A stretch of DNA of 64,000 nt from positions 32,001 to 96,000 of the forward strand of contig CAXXOU010000004.1 in the NCBI GenBank assembly GCA_963677495.2, read 5' to 3'. The notes beneath the pieces are model-generated. The model did not search any database, had not been told where the DNA came from, and saw only the letters and a program-made list of their open reading frames with translations. This document shows, one piece after another, positions 1-10,518 of this stretch. The stretch comes from Candidatus Cloacimonadales bacterium. GTDB lineage: Bacteria > Cloacimonadota > Cloacimonadia > Cloacimonadales > JAFGVF01. The position numbers and the translations under genes were made by a program. Each line of letters opens with the position of its first letter. The stretch's first letter is position 1.

Positions 1-802
1 CAGCAGATTGAACTATCGTAATCACAGGAAGATAATCGTGATTGATGGTGAAGTGGGTTTTGTAGGAGGATTGAATATTGGTGATAGTTATATGAGTAAA
101 AGCAGATACTTTGGTTATTGGCGTGACACTCATATGAAACTTGTTGGGGAAGCAGTACGCTCTTTGCAGGCAATCTTTGCACTTGACTGGGAATATACAA
201 CAAAAGAGAACCTCTTCAATGTAAGTAATTTCTATCCAACCAGAATCACTAATTATAACCCTATCCAGATAGTTTCTAGTGGACCTGACTCTGATTGGGC
301 TAGTATTATGCAGGTCTATTTTACGATGATAGCAGGGGCATCTAAATCGATTAAGATTACAAGCCCATACTTAGTATTGGATGATAGCTTATTGATGAGT
401 ATCAAAACAGCAGCTTTAAGTGGAATAGATGTTAAGATTATTATACCGGGAATCTCTGACCATCAGATAGTTTATTGGGGTACACAATCCTATATTCAGG
501 AGCTTCTGGAAGCCGGAGTGAAAATATATCGTTACAAAAAAGGCTTCATTCATGCAAAGGTTTTGATAGCCGATCATCTCTGTGCTTCAGTTGGAACTGC
601 TAATATGGATATAAGAAGTTTTAAGCATAACTTTGAAGTCAATGCATTGCTATTCGGAAAGGATGCAATTGGTAAACTTATAGACCAATTCGGACAAGAT
701 TTAATGGATTGCGAAGAGATAGATTTGGAAGAATTCAATAAAAGAGGAAAGATTAGAAGGTTGAGAGAGTCGATTTGCAGACTCTTTTCGCCTTTGTTAT
801 AA
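1..802 (+). CDS. cls: Cardiolipin synthase, 5'-truncated by the window edge
   Basis: Two PLD HxKxxxxD motifs (NHRKIIVIDG, HAKVLIAD) plus WRDTH and GTANMDIRSF. Confidence 0.93.
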   Translation, partial: SRLNYRNHRKIIVIDGEVGFVGGLNIGDSYMSKSRYFGYWRDTHMKLVGEAVRSLQAIFALDWEYTTKENLFNVSNFYPTRITNYNPIQIVSSGPDSDWASIMQVYFTMIAGASKSIKITSPYLVLDDSLLMSIKTAALSGIDVKIIIPGISDHQIVYWGTQSYIQELLEAGVKIYRYKKGFIHAKVLIADHLCASVGTANMDIRSFKHNFEVNALLFGKDAIGKLIDQFGQDLMDCEEIDLEEFNKRGKIRRLRESICRLFSPLL

Positions 803-804
803 AT

Positions 805-1962
805 ATGAAAGAATTGATTAGGTTTCTTAGCTCAGAAAGTAATAGTGAGTTGATAAAGTCAATAGAGTCCGAGTATCCACTCTCAATGAATAGGTTGGAG
901 TACTATACAAAGACTTTCTCTGATTTGCCGATTAAAGAGTTTCTCACTCTCCTTAGATTACGTAAGAAGGTGGAGAAGCGTATTCCTGATGCTCATAAGC
1001 TGGTGTTTACAGAAAAGGGTGCTATGCAGTCAAGTTCAACGGTGCTTGCACAATACCATGCGGAACTTCTTGAAGAATACAATACGATAGCTGATTTGTG
1101 CTGTGGTTGCGGAATAGATTTAATAGCAATTGCAAAAGGTAAGAGTCTGTGTTATGCTGTTGACTTAGATGAAAATACTCTTGCATGTGCAGTATATAAC
1201 TGCTCAATACATGCTCTTGATAAAGTCAGTTTTTTGCAAACAAAATCAGAAGAGTTTAACAGGTCTGTTGATGCCATCTTTGCTGATCCGGATAGAAGAC
1301 CGGGTAACAGCAGAAAACATTCAGCTGATTCTATATCTCCAAGCTTAAATGAGTTGCTTAAACTAAGAGCTCTGACACCTAATATGGCGATTAAGCTATC
1401 TCCGATTATGGATTATAAGAGCTTAGAACTACCGAAAGATTCAACGCTCATGTTTGTCTCAGAATCAGGAACAATGAAGGAGATACTCTTAACAACAGGG
1501 GAGTTATCACGAGAAGGAGTTGATAGAGTTGCTATTCAGTTACCTGAGAAAAGAGAATATATCAGGAATGAAAAGCTAGTATCTGTTACAGATATTAGTA
1601 AGTATTTATATGAACCTGACCCTGCAATTATCAGAGGAGGCATGGTTCAGGACTTAGCTTTTCAGGAGGAGATGACTCTCATAGACTCCCATTTAGCTAT
1701 CACAACTTCAGAGGAATCAAAGACAAGTAGTTGGTATAAAACATTTAAAGTGCTGAAGATAATGTCATACAATCGCAAGCAACTGCAAAAGTATCTTACA
1801 GCAAATCATATTGGTGATTTAACAATAAAGCCACGTGGATTCCCGGAAGAAACTGAGAAGTTCAAGAAGAAATTGAAACTTAAAGGAAATAACAAAGCTA
1901 CTTGTTTTATCCTACGAATCGGGACTGGTCATACACTTGTTTTCGTAGAGAGAGTTAACTAG
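805..1962 (+). CDS. Class I SAM-dependent methyltransferase with THUMP-like C-terminal domain
   Basis: DLCCGCGID SAM-binding motif, FADPDRR, YLYEPDPAIIR; ATG at 805 directly after the cls stop. Confidence 0.8.
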   Translation: MKELIRFLSSESNSELIKSIESEYPLSMNRLEYYTKTFSDLPIKEFLTLLRLRKKVEKRIPDAHKLVFTEKGAMQSSSTVLAQYHAELLEEYNTIADLCCGCGIDLIAIAKGKSLCYAVDLDENTLACAVYNCSIHALDKVSFLQTKSEEFNRSVDAIFADPDRRPGNSRKHSADSISPSLNELLKLRALTPNMAIKLSPIMDYKSLELPKDSTLMFVSESGTMKEILLTTGELSREGVDRVAIQLPEKREYIRNEKLVSVTDISKYLYEPDPAIIRGGMVQDLAFQEEMTLIDSHLAITTSEESKTSSWYKTFKVLKIMSYNRKQLQKYLTANHIGDLTIKPRGFPEETEKFKKKLKLKGNNKATCFILRIGTGHTLVFVERVN

Positions 1963-2019
1963 TTACTGATTATTTCTATTGACGCATAACCCGACATATA
2001 ATTTTATATTAGACCTTAT

Positions 2020-2613
2020 ATGAAAAAGTCAAAATTGTTTAGTAAGATTGCATTGATTATATTATTAGTATCAGGATTATCAGGTTGTGATATTTTCGAA
2101 CCAAGAGATGCTGAAGATCCTACTCAACCGCAGAAGTGGAATGAGTTCTTCACTGCTTGGGAGCTTACGCTTGAAAATCTTGAGTTTGCCTATGAAGACA
2201 AACGTAATAAAGATAATTATGTGCAGATATTGACTGATGATTTTGAGTTTCACATGGATGATAATGATGCCTTGGATTTAGGATTAAACAAGCAATACTC
2301 TTGGAACAGGCAATCAGAACTCAATCTTTTAGAGAATATGCATGCTTATCTCTCTGATAATGAGGGAGAGATAGAGATAATGTTTTCAGTAGAGAACTCA
2401 TCCAGTAGTGGAATTAATGAAGTTGAAGTAGATATCATTTATGATATTACTAGGATAATTGCTTCTGATTCTACTGCCACTTTCCGTGGTGATGCTACTA
2501 TCTTCTTTGAGGAGGATGGTGGATATTGGTATTTAAAGAAGTTTTATGATTATAGAGATGAAGAACTCGCAGAACCAACATGGGGAATGATGAAGTATGA
2601 ATATGTTCAATAA
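2020..2613 (+). CDS. Hypothetical lipoprotein (possible NTF2/SnoaL-like fold)
   Basis: Lipobox LSG-C; resembles the next ORF (LENLEFAYE...DDFEF vs IENLVRAYE...EEFRF). Confidence 0.65.
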   Translation: MKKSKLFSKIALIILLVSGLSGCDIFEPRDAEDPTQPQKWNEFFTAWELTLENLEFAYEDKRNKDNYVQILTDDFEFHMDDNDALDLGLNKQYSWNRQSELNLLENMHAYLSDNEGEIEIMFSVENSSSSGINEVEVDIIYDITRIIASDSTATFRGDATIFFEEDGGYWYLKKFYDYRDEELAEPTWGMMKYEYVQ

Positions 2614-3193
2614 GATGTTTAGAATACTAGTTATTGGAGTTAGTCTATTCGCTTTTGCATGTAGTGAGAATCCCTTTAATCCTGCGATGATAGACAATAT
2701 ATCAACTTCAACTGACTACGACTTTTCTACTCCAACTAAAGTAATCGAAAATTTGGTTAGAGCATATGAACAGAAGAATATAGAACTTTTCAAGCAATGT
2801 CTTGCCGAGGAGTTCAGATTTGAGCTTATAGCATCTGATGCAGATGATATAGGAATAGATATGGATGGTGATGGAATTAAGGATAGTTGGTGGGGATATC
2901 AGCAGGAGATACTTACTCATGAGAACCTTTTTGAGAATGGCTCAAACAGTTATCCTCCGCCTGATCAAATCTCTTTGGATATTCCAACCGGAATAATTAC
3001 CTGGTATGAGGATAATGAGTATGCTGATCTTGGTTATCTACATACTGATGTTCGTTTCAATCTGCTATTACAATTCAATACAGGGCAGACCTTCAGTGCC
3101 TCCGGCTATTCCAGATACTACATTGTCAATGTTGGCACAGATGTTGAACCGCACTGGAGTATCATCATCTGGCGCGACAACTCCTGGTTATAA
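2597..3193 (+). CDS. Hypothetical lipoprotein, probable paralog of the upstream gene
   Basis: Lipobox AFA-C; shared motif pattern with 2020-2613; exact start uncertain. Confidence 0.65.
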   Translation: MNMFNKMFRILVIGVSLFAFACSENPFNPAMIDNISTSTDYDFSTPTKVIENLVRAYEQKNIELFKQCLAEEFRFELIASDADDIGIDMDGDGIKDSWWGYQQEILTHENLFENGSNSYPPPDQISLDIPTGIITWYEDNEYADLGYLHTDVRFNLLLQFNTGQTFSASGYSRYYIVNVGTDVEPHWSIIIWRDNSWL

Positions 3194-3198
3194 GCTGA

Positions 3199-3615
3199 AT
3201 GTATAGTCGAATCATGGCCATAGATTATGGTGAGAAGAGAATTGGATTAGCCCTAACTGACCTAATGCAGATGTTTGCAAAACCCTTCGAAACTATCCCA
3301 AATGAAGGAAAGAAAAAGGTCTTTGCTAAGCTTAATGATCTAATCAAAGAGAAAGAGGTAAGTCTCGTTGTTCTTGGTTTACCATTAGGTTTAGAGGGTC
3401 AGCATACAGATAAAACCAGAGAGATTCTAAGATTCCATGAAGCTCTTGAGAAAGCTATAGAAACACCCATAGTGCTTTGGGATGAAAGGTTGACAACTTA
3501 TGAAGCTAAGCAGGAACTTATTAAGATGGGATACAATCCTATCAAGGGAAGGAAAGTCATTGATGCAGTAGCAGCATATATGATCCTGAGAAATTACTTA
3601 AAGGCAAATCAATAG
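3199..3615 (+). CDS. ruvX: YqgF/RuvX family nuclease
   Basis: AIDYGEKRIGLA, WDERLTT, IDAVAA motifs; adjacent to mltG as is typical. Confidence 0.93.
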   Translation: MYSRIMAIDYGEKRIGLALTDLMQMFAKPFETIPNEGKKKVFAKLNDLIKEKEVSLVVLGLPLGLEGQHTDKTREILRFHEALEKAIETPIVLWDERLTTYEAKQELIKMGYNPIKGRKVIDAVAAYMILRNYLKANQ

Positions 3616-4611
3616 ATGGATAATAAAAATAAACTTATCATTGCAACAGCCATTATTCTGGCTGTTTTTCTTATACTCGTAGCAGCATTAACAATTCCAA
3701 TGAAGATTGACCGTACAACCCTTGTAATTAACAGAGGTGATTCTGCAATACGTATCGCTGATAAGCTGAAAGATAAAGGCTTAATCAGGTATCCATTCCT
3801 ATTCAAGCTTGCGTCTGCTATAACCGGGAACGATAAGAATCTTAAACCGGGACGTTATATCTTCGAAGTAGAATCCAATGCTTTTATCGCTCTTGATAAG
3901 ATATGCACCGGTGATTATGAGCTCATCCATGTGACTATTCCGGAAGGACTTTCACTTACTAAAACACTTTCAATTGTAGCTTCTTCATTAGATTTATCAT
4001 TTGAGGAGATGAAGAATCTTGCTACTAATCCACTATTCTGTAAATCCCTTACCGGGCTAGAAATCGATACTTTAGAAGGTTTCCTTTATCCAGAGACTTA
4101 CCACTTTGAAGAGAGTACATCAGTTTCTCAAGCTTTAAGAGTAATGGTAAACTTAGCTAAGAAGAAGTTCAATGAAGTTGGCATTGGTAGTATTGAACAA
4201 CTTAATTACTACGAAACAGTCAATCTTGCTTCGATTGTAGAATTAGAAGCTAAAGATTCTTCTGAAATGCCTGTCATTGCTGATGTTTATCTAAAAAGAC
4301 TAAGGAAGGGAATCAAGCTTGGAGCAAGTCCAACAGTCCAATATCTACTCGAGAAGAAAGGTAAAAGGCGTAAGTTTCTATACTATAAAGACACTGAAAT
4401 TGAATCCCCCTACAATACATATCTAAACTATGGATTACCACCAACCCCAATTTGTAGCCCTTCCGCAAGAGCAGTTGAAGCTGTAATCAGTCCTGCTGAC
4501 ACGGATTTCTTGTACTTCTTCGCCGATGGCAGCGGTAAGCATATATTCACTAAGTCCTATAAAGAACATCTCAATATGCGTAAGAAGCATAAGATGAATG
4601 GGAGTAAATAG
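3616..4611 (+). CDS. mltG: Endolytic transglycosylase MltG (YceG)
   Basis: TIPEG, LEGFLYPETY, ASIVELE, SPYNTY..GLPPTPI motifs; N-terminal TM helix. Confidence 0.93.
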   Translation: MDNKNKLIIATAIILAVFLILVAALTIPMKIDRTTLVINRGDSAIRIADKLKDKGLIRYPFLFKLASAITGNDKNLKPGRYIFEVESNAFIALDKICTGDYELIHVTIPEGLSLTKTLSIVASSLDLSFEEMKNLATNPLFCKSLTGLEIDTLEGFLYPETYHFEESTSVSQALRVMVNLAKKKFNEVGIGSIEQLNYYETVNLASIVELEAKDSSEMPVIADVYLKRLRKGIKLGASPTVQYLLEKKGKRRKFLYYKDTEIESPYNTYLNYGLPPTPICSPSARAVEAVISPADTDFLYFFADGSGKHIFTKSYKEHLNMRKKHKMNGSK

Positions 4612-4677
4612 CAAAGGTCATCATCGGGCTTAGTAGAGTTATAAATTCTAATTATATAGGCATCTATAAAACATATA

Positions 4678-4706
4678 TTGACTAATTGTGCCCTCATAAA
4701 TCTAAT
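4678..4706 (+). promoter_or_regulatory. Putative sigma70 promoter for amtB
   Basis: TTGACT-N17-TCTAAT. Confidence 0.4.
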
Positions 4707-4820
4707 GCCGTACCTCTCCACAAACCAAAGTACGTAAATTGTGGCAGAGAGTTTTCGTGAAGCAAGCGACCCTAATAACTCCTTTAGTAGTTTGCTTTGA
4801 CGACATTACTTGGAGGAATT

Positions 4821-6032
4821 ATGCCTACATTTGACACAGGCTCCACTGGATTTATGCTTTTAGCAACCAGTCTCGTGATGCTTATGACACCCGGATTAGC
4901 CTTTTTCTACGGTGGTCTTGCATCAAAAAGAAACATTCTCGGAATCATGATTCAGAGTTTTGTATCTCTTGGAATCACAACAATGATGTGGTATTCAATT
5001 GGTTATACACTCTGTTTCAGCGGAACAGGTCCGATAATCGGTAACTTTGAACACATCTTCTTAAGAGGAATTGACTCATTAACACCTTTCGGTGATGGCT
5101 CTATCCCTCTGCTATTATTTGTAGCGTACCAGATGATGTTTGCAATTATCACTCCGGCACTGATAACAGGTGCATTTACCGGACGTGTATCCTTTAAAGC
5201 TTATCTAATCTTCCTCGTCTTATGGCAACTACTGGTTTATTACCCGTTTGTTCACATGATTTGGGGTGGTGGTATCTTAGCTCAATGGGGAGTTATGGAC
5301 TTTGCAGGAGGAATAGTTGTGCATGTTACAGCCGGTTTTGCTGCTTTAGCGTCCGTCTTCTTTGTCGGCTCAAGATTGGATAAGAATGCAAAACCAAACA
5401 GTATCCCACTGGTAGCTATTGGTACCGGGTTATTATGGTTTGGTTGGTACGGATTTAATGCAGGTAGTGAGTTACAAGTAGATAATATCACTGCTCTTGC
5501 TTTCTTAAATACAGACGTTGCAGCTTCTTTTGCAACAGTTACATGGCTAATAGTTGAATGGGCACGCGAAGGTAAGCCTAAGTTCGTAGGACTTATGACA
5601 GGTGCTGTTGCCGGTTTGGCAACTATCACACCTGCAGCTGGTTTTGTACCTGTTTGGGCTGCAGCTATTATTGGTATTGTGGCCAGTCTTGTCTGCTATG
5701 TCGCAGTTCACATTAAAAACAAGCGCGGTTGGGATGATGCTCTCGATGTATGGGGAGTTCATGGTGTTGGTGGTTTTATCGGTACAATAATGCTTGGTAT
5801 TTTTGCTTCAAATAAAATCAATGGCAGTATTACTGATGGACTTCTTAACGGCAATCCACGTTTCTTCTTGATTCAAGTTGCAGCAACTGTTGGGGCAGCC
5901 ATATATGCCTATTTCTTTACCTACTTTATGCTTTGGTTGATTAACAAAGTGACCCCTGTAAGAGTTTCAGAAGCAGAAGAGAAGCTCGGACTAGACCACT
6001 CTCAGCATCAAGAAAAAGCATATACTAATTAG
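4821..6032 (+). CDS. amtB: Ammonium transporter
   Basis: LMTPGLAFFYGG, DFAGGIVVH, LLWFGWYGFNAGS, DDALDVWGVHG; GGAGG RBS before ATG 4821. Confidence 0.95.
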   Translation: MPTFDTGSTGFMLLATSLVMLMTPGLAFFYGGLASKRNILGIMIQSFVSLGITTMMWYSIGYTLCFSGTGPIIGNFEHIFLRGIDSLTPFGDGSIPLLLFVAYQMMFAIITPALITGAFTGRVSFKAYLIFLVLWQLLVYYPFVHMIWGGGILAQWGVMDFAGGIVVHVTAGFAALASVFFVGSRLDKNAKPNSIPLVAIGTGLLWFGWYGFNAGSELQVDNITALAFLNTDVAASFATVTWLIVEWAREGKPKFVGLMTGAVAGLATITPAAGFVPVWAAAIIGIVASLVCYVAVHIKNKRGWDDALDVWGVHGVGGFIGTIMLGIFASNKINGSITDGLLNGNPRFFLIQVAATVGAAIYAYFFTYFMLWLINKVTPVRVSEAEEKLGLDHSQHQEKAYTN

Positions 6033-6127
6033 TTAATTCTGAGTAGGTAAGGGAGTTAACCCACTCAAAACAATTTACTGCACAGCAGGTTCAATCCTGC
6101 TGTGCCTATCTAATATAGGCTCATTAT

Positions 6128-7966
6128 ATGAACTTACAACACATGAAGATGCAGATATTCGAGTTGGGATTACTTATCCTAATGGCTTATGTCTGCGGTT
6201 TACTTGCTAAAAAAATCAAGGTGGGAGCTGTCATAGGTCAGATATTCGGTGGAATATTAGTAGGTCCACACTTTCTGGAACTACTACATAAACTCCTTAT
6301 GAATCATCCCCAATGGTCTCACCTTACACTAATAAAACCAATGTACCATTTCTATAGTAATGGTTTTTCGGAATATAGTGAAATACTGGAAAGCTATCAT
6401 TTCTTTGTATTCCTGTTTCTGGGGTTAATAGCTTTTTCTATAGGGGAAGAGCTACACAGAGATAGACTTAAACAGGTTGGATTCAAAGCCTTTATCATCT
6501 GTATGATCCAAGGACTATTAACTTTTTTCCTGATTGCTTTTGGGTTCAGGTTTATCTTTGGAATGACATGGATTGTATCGCTTATCATAGGTTCTATCGG
6601 TATCGCTACAGCTCCGGCTTTGACCTTTATTCTTATGGCAAAGTTAAAGATTACAGGTCGCTTAAAGCAGTTGCTAGCTAATATTGTTGTGCTTGACGAT
6701 ATACTTGAGGTTATCATGTTCTCGATATTCTTGAGTATCGCTATGGCACAACAATCTGCACATGACATCTCCGGTTTCCATATCTTCAAAGAAGTAGCAC
6801 TGGAATTAGTTTTAGCTGTTGGTATTGGAGTTGTCATCTTTATGATTCTAAAGGTAACGATAAGAGAGCGTAGTAAGGATAATGAGGAGGAAGAGGAGGA
6901 AGGTTCATTCCTTTCGACTGTTCTATCTCAGCATCCGACACCGTCAGTGGAGATTTTGTTGATTGTTTTAGCTATCGTTGCTATTGGTATTTCGATTGCC
7001 ATACACTTCAATTTACCGTTTCTTATTACTGCTGTAACAGCCGGTTTCTTAATCTCAAACCTGCATAACAATGCAATCTTTGATTCATTGAAAATAGAGA
7101 ATGTAATGCCAATAATGAACTTACTGTTCTTCGCCATTATTGGTGCAAGCGTCCGATTGGAAAGTTTCTCTGGAGAGACAATCCTTTATGTAATCGGATA
7201 TATAGCCTTCCGTTCAGCCGGTAAGCTAATCGGTAATTATGGTGGAGCTAAGATGACAGGTCAAGACCCCAAGATTACAGCTGCATTGCCAAAGCTCATG
7301 CTACCTCAAGCAGGTATGGCAGCAGTAGAAACTATTCTTGTTGCCTCTGTTCTGAAGGCTAATGGAGAGATTATCTTCAATACGATTATCCCTGCTTTGG
7401 TTGTGTTTGAACTTGGTGGAGCTTATCTTTCAGAAAAGACTCTTATCAAATGGAAGAATGTTTCATTAGGAGAAAAGGAAGCATTAAAGCAAACAGTTTC
7501 CGGTAATACTCCGGACAGTTTGTCATCTCTTATAGGTGATAGAGTTGTTCGCATGATGGCAAATACTAAGCATGAAGCTTTGTTCGAGCTCTCTCAAGTT
7601 TTTGTTCGCAAAGGAATTATTAATGAAACTGCAGATGTTACACCCGCTTTACAACAGCGAGAAAAGCTCTCCAGTACTGCAATTGGCAAAGGTGTTGCAA
7701 TTCCGCATTGTAGAGTTCCACATATCGAGAAAACCATGATTGTTTGTGGTATCTCTAGTCATGGGATTGATTGGAAGAGCCCTGATGGACAGGATGTCAA
7801 CGTGATGTTCTTAATTCTAACCCCTGAAAGTAGACCACAAGAGCATTTAAAAGCTCTCTCACTGATAGCTTCTGTAGCTAAGCGAAAAGACTTCGTAAAA
7901 GAACTATCTGATGCTGTGCTATCGAAAAATGAAGCGAAATGGTCTGAGATAATGACTATTTCATAA
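6128..7966 (+). CDS. Cation:proton antiporter fused to a C-terminal PTS EIIA domain
   Basis: Multiple TM helices with ATAPA, LDDI, PQAG; C-terminal REKLSSTAIGKGVAIPH EIIA phospho-His motif. Confidence 0.88.
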   Translation: MNLQHMKMQIFELGLLILMAYVCGLLAKKIKVGAVIGQIFGGILVGPHFLELLHKLLMNHPQWSHLTLIKPMYHFYSNGFSEYSEILESYHFFVFLFLGLIAFSIGEELHRDRLKQVGFKAFIICMIQGLLTFFLIAFGFRFIFGMTWIVSLIIGSIGIATAPALTFILMAKLKITGRLKQLLANIVVLDDILEVIMFSIFLSIAMAQQSAHDISGFHIFKEVALELVLAVGIGVVIFMILKVTIRERSKDNEEEEEEGSFLSTVLSQHPTPSVEILLIVLAIVAIGISIAIHFNLPFLITAVTAGFLISNLHNNAIFDSLKIENVMPIMNLLFFAIIGASVRLESFSGETILYVIGYIAFRSAGKLIGNYGGAKMTGQDPKITAALPKLMLPQAGMAAVETILVASVLKANGEIIFNTIIPALVVFELGGAYLSEKTLIKWKNVSLGEKEALKQTVSGNTPDSLSSLIGDRVVRMMANTKHEALFELSQVFVRKGIINETADVTPALQQREKLSSTAIGKGVAIPHCRVPHIEKTMIVCGISSHGIDWKSPDGQDVNVMFLILTPESRPQEHLKALSLIASVAKRKDFVKELSDAVLSKNEAKWSEIMTIS

Positions 7967-7971
7967 TAGAT

Positions 7972-8002
7972 TAGGGAGTTTCTTGTTAAAAGGAACTCCC
8001 TA
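7972..8002 (+). terminator. Hairpin, probable intrinsic terminator
   Basis: TAGGGAGTTTCTT-GTTAA-AAGGAACTCCCTA just after the stop codon. Confidence 0.6.
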
Positions 8003-8197
8003 TTATCATTAACCAATCCGACTTACCTGACCATGGGTAAATGCGTGGATAAACGGTACAGTCGCATTAAAGAACTATCCGTTTCGTAGTACTCACAATA
8101 GACAGGAAACGTATAAGTTATGACTTATATTAACTTTTCTCTTGCCACAACAAACGAGTTATTGTTAAATTGATTCCATAATCAAAAGGAGTTCAAA

Positions 8198-10498
8198 ATG
8201 AAACGACGACACCTATGGTGGTTGTTGTTAATAGCACCTCTCGTGCTATCAGCTACAACCATTCAGGTTCATCTTGAAGATGAACTGCAATTTTCTACTA
8301 TCCAAAATGCTATTAACTATGCTGCAGAAGGGGATACAATTTTTGTTGGTCCCGGTGTTTATCACGAAAACTTAGATTTTAATGGACGATCTAATCTAAC
8401 ATTAATGTCAGTTGCCGGTGAAGATATTACAGTTATTGATGGCTCTTATGATGCATCACCTTGTATTCGAATGACAAGCGGAGAATCGAATATAACAATA
8501 TCAGGATTTTCTATTCGTGGAGCAAGAGATGGTAACGAAGCCTATTTTCGTGGCTCAGGTATGCATCTTGATGAAACAAGTAATATCACCTTAGAAAACC
8601 TTATGATATATGACAATGTGGGTGGAGGATTACTCATATATGATTCACAAGATGTCTTCCTATCAAATCTTACTATTAAGAATAATATTGGAAGTTATGG
8701 TGGTGGTATTACTCTTGGGGATAATACAGATTTAGTTTTTGATCCAATCAATAGATGTAGCATTTATGATAACTACTCCCAATTTGGTATGGACATTTTC
8801 AGTAGAGATGACTTTGATATCTATTTAGATAAATACACTTTCCCATACTCGGATAGATCTACATATTACTATTACGAAAATGGAGGGTGGCAGTCATCGT
8901 ATACAACTCCTTCTGGAGTATTTGATGTACTACAACCTGTACATCAGTTTATAAATAGTGATGCCTATGTTAGTCCTACAGGTTCAGATGATAATGACGG
9001 ATTAACTCCAGGAACTCCTTTGAAAACACCATGGATTGCCTGTTTGAGAGCTAAACCATCTGATAATGATACACTGACAATTCACCTATCTGAAGGAACT
9101 CATTTCAATCAGGCCTTCGGGAAAGATGTAGGAATTTTAGTACGTGATCACACAATATTGCAGGGAGTAGATAAGCAAGAGACAAGAATTGAACTATCAT
9201 GTTTACCGAAGGATATAAATGCTATACATTTAGAGGAACATGCTGAATATACCTCTATCAGAGATTTCACACTAAGCAACTTTACTAACTGTTCTTTACA
9301 TGGCTATTGGCTTTCTAATATTGATGTTACTAATGTTAGCTTCGAAAATAGTGCTTATTCAGGAAGAGATGATCTGATTGAAATCTTGGGCGAAGATACT
9401 GTTGTTAGCTTTGAAAGAGTTGACTTTATCAACAATTTCAATAATAGAGATATAACTAAGTTAGTTGATATAAAGGCCGAAAATGTAACCTTAACTAATT
9501 GCTGTTTTCAGAATAATAGTTTTGAACATACAAGTCAGAGATATAATTCAATCGGTTTATTGAATGTTAAAGCAAGTGAGTTTGCAAGTGTAGTTAACTG
9601 CTCTTTTATCGGTAACAGGACTGATCATCCTTATTATTTACATTTTGATGGCATCAACACAGATGACAATTTACATATTTTAATCGATAATTGCATATTT
9701 ATTGATAACAATACATCACGAATAGTTCGAACAGAAGCAAATCATACATATATATATAACTGTACTTTTTATAATAGTGGAAATATGAAACCACATCTTA
9801 TTACTAGTTGGTTTAACTATCCTATTACCTTAAAGAATTGTCTATTCGATGAAGTCTTTCCAATGACGATTATAGGTGTGATAGACAGTTTAACTTTTGT
9901 AGATTATTGTGCTCATCCAAGAGATGAATGGAGATTGGGTGTTGAACCAAGCCAGATGGGATCACATGTTTGGCACAATGCAGACATCAGAACAACAGAT
10001 GGTGAAATGGACAGCATTGAATCATGCTTCTATGATGAGACCAACTCAATTCATTTGTCTGACCCAATTGATAACGGCACAATGGATCCCAATGATTTCT
10101 ATCCGGGTTATTCTCTCCCTGAATTTGATATTCTAGGGAACCCAAGAGTATATAATAACTCGATAGATATAGGAGCTATAGAGTATTATCCTCCCACAAG
10201 TACTCATGAAATTGTTAATTCTTCTACTATCTCTCTAACCAACTACCCTAATCCCTTTAACCCAACCACAACGATAGCATTCAACTTGCCTGAAAACGAT
10301 AAAGTTGAGTTATCTATCTACAATATCAAAGGGCAGAAGATAAACACACTGGTGAATGATATTATGCAATCAGGCAATCATACAATAGTATGGAATGGGG
10401 AAGACAGCAATGGTAAGTTGGTTGGTTCAGGTTTTTACTTCTATCAGATTAAGACAGGGAATGTAACTGAGTGTAAAAGAATGCTACTTATGAAATAG
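8198..10498 (+). CDS. Secreted beta-helix (pectin-lyase-like) protein with FlgD-Ig/Por-type C-terminal sorting domain
   Basis: Signal peptide, TIQNAI..GDTIFVGPGVYHEN, YVSPTGSDDNDG, DIGAIE, NYPNPFNPTTTI C-terminus. Confidence 0.8.
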   Translation: MKRRHLWWLLLIAPLVLSATTIQVHLEDELQFSTIQNAINYAAEGDTIFVGPGVYHENLDFNGRSNLTLMSVAGEDITVIDGSYDASPCIRMTSGESNITISGFSIRGARDGNEAYFRGSGMHLDETSNITLENLMIYDNVGGGLLIYDSQDVFLSNLTIKNNIGSYGGGITLGDNTDLVFDPINRCSIYDNYSQFGMDIFSRDDFDIYLDKYTFPYSDRSTYYYYENGGWQSSYTTPSGVFDVLQPVHQFINSDAYVSPTGSDDNDGLTPGTPLKTPWIACLRAKPSDNDTLTIHLSEGTHFNQAFGKDVGILVRDHTILQGVDKQETRIELSCLPKDINAIHLEEHAEYTSIRDFTLSNFTNCSLHGYWLSNIDVTNVSFENSAYSGRDDLIEILGEDTVVSFERVDFINNFNNRDITKLVDIKAENVTLTNCCFQNNSFEHTSQRYNSIGLLNVKASEFASVVNCSFIGNRTDHPYYLHFDGINTDDNLHILIDNCIFIDNNTSRIVRTEANHTYIYNCTFYNSGNMKPHLITSWFNYPITLKNCLFDEVFPMTIIGVIDSLTFVDYCAHPRDEWRLGVEPSQMGSHVWHNADIRTTDGEMDSIESCFYDETNSIHLSDPIDNGTMDPNDFYPGYSLPEFDILGNPRVYNNSIDIGAIEYYPPTSTHEIVNSSTISLTNYPNPFNPTTTIAFNLPENDKVELSIYNIKGQKINTLVNDIMQSGNHTIVWNGEDSNGKLVGSGFYFYQIKTGNVTECKRMLLMK

Positions 10499-10518
10499 AC
10501 TGATTGGCTATGACTTAC

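Noticed and set aside
6080..6105. tRNA or att-site remnant (GGTTCAATCC, T-loop-like)
   Set aside because: The loop is 6 nt and there is no cloverleaf, CCA end or integrase; it is a simple hairpin.
5282..7137. Antisense ORFs inside amtB and the antiporter (and similar ones elsewhere)
   Set aside because: Shadow frames of well-supported genes.
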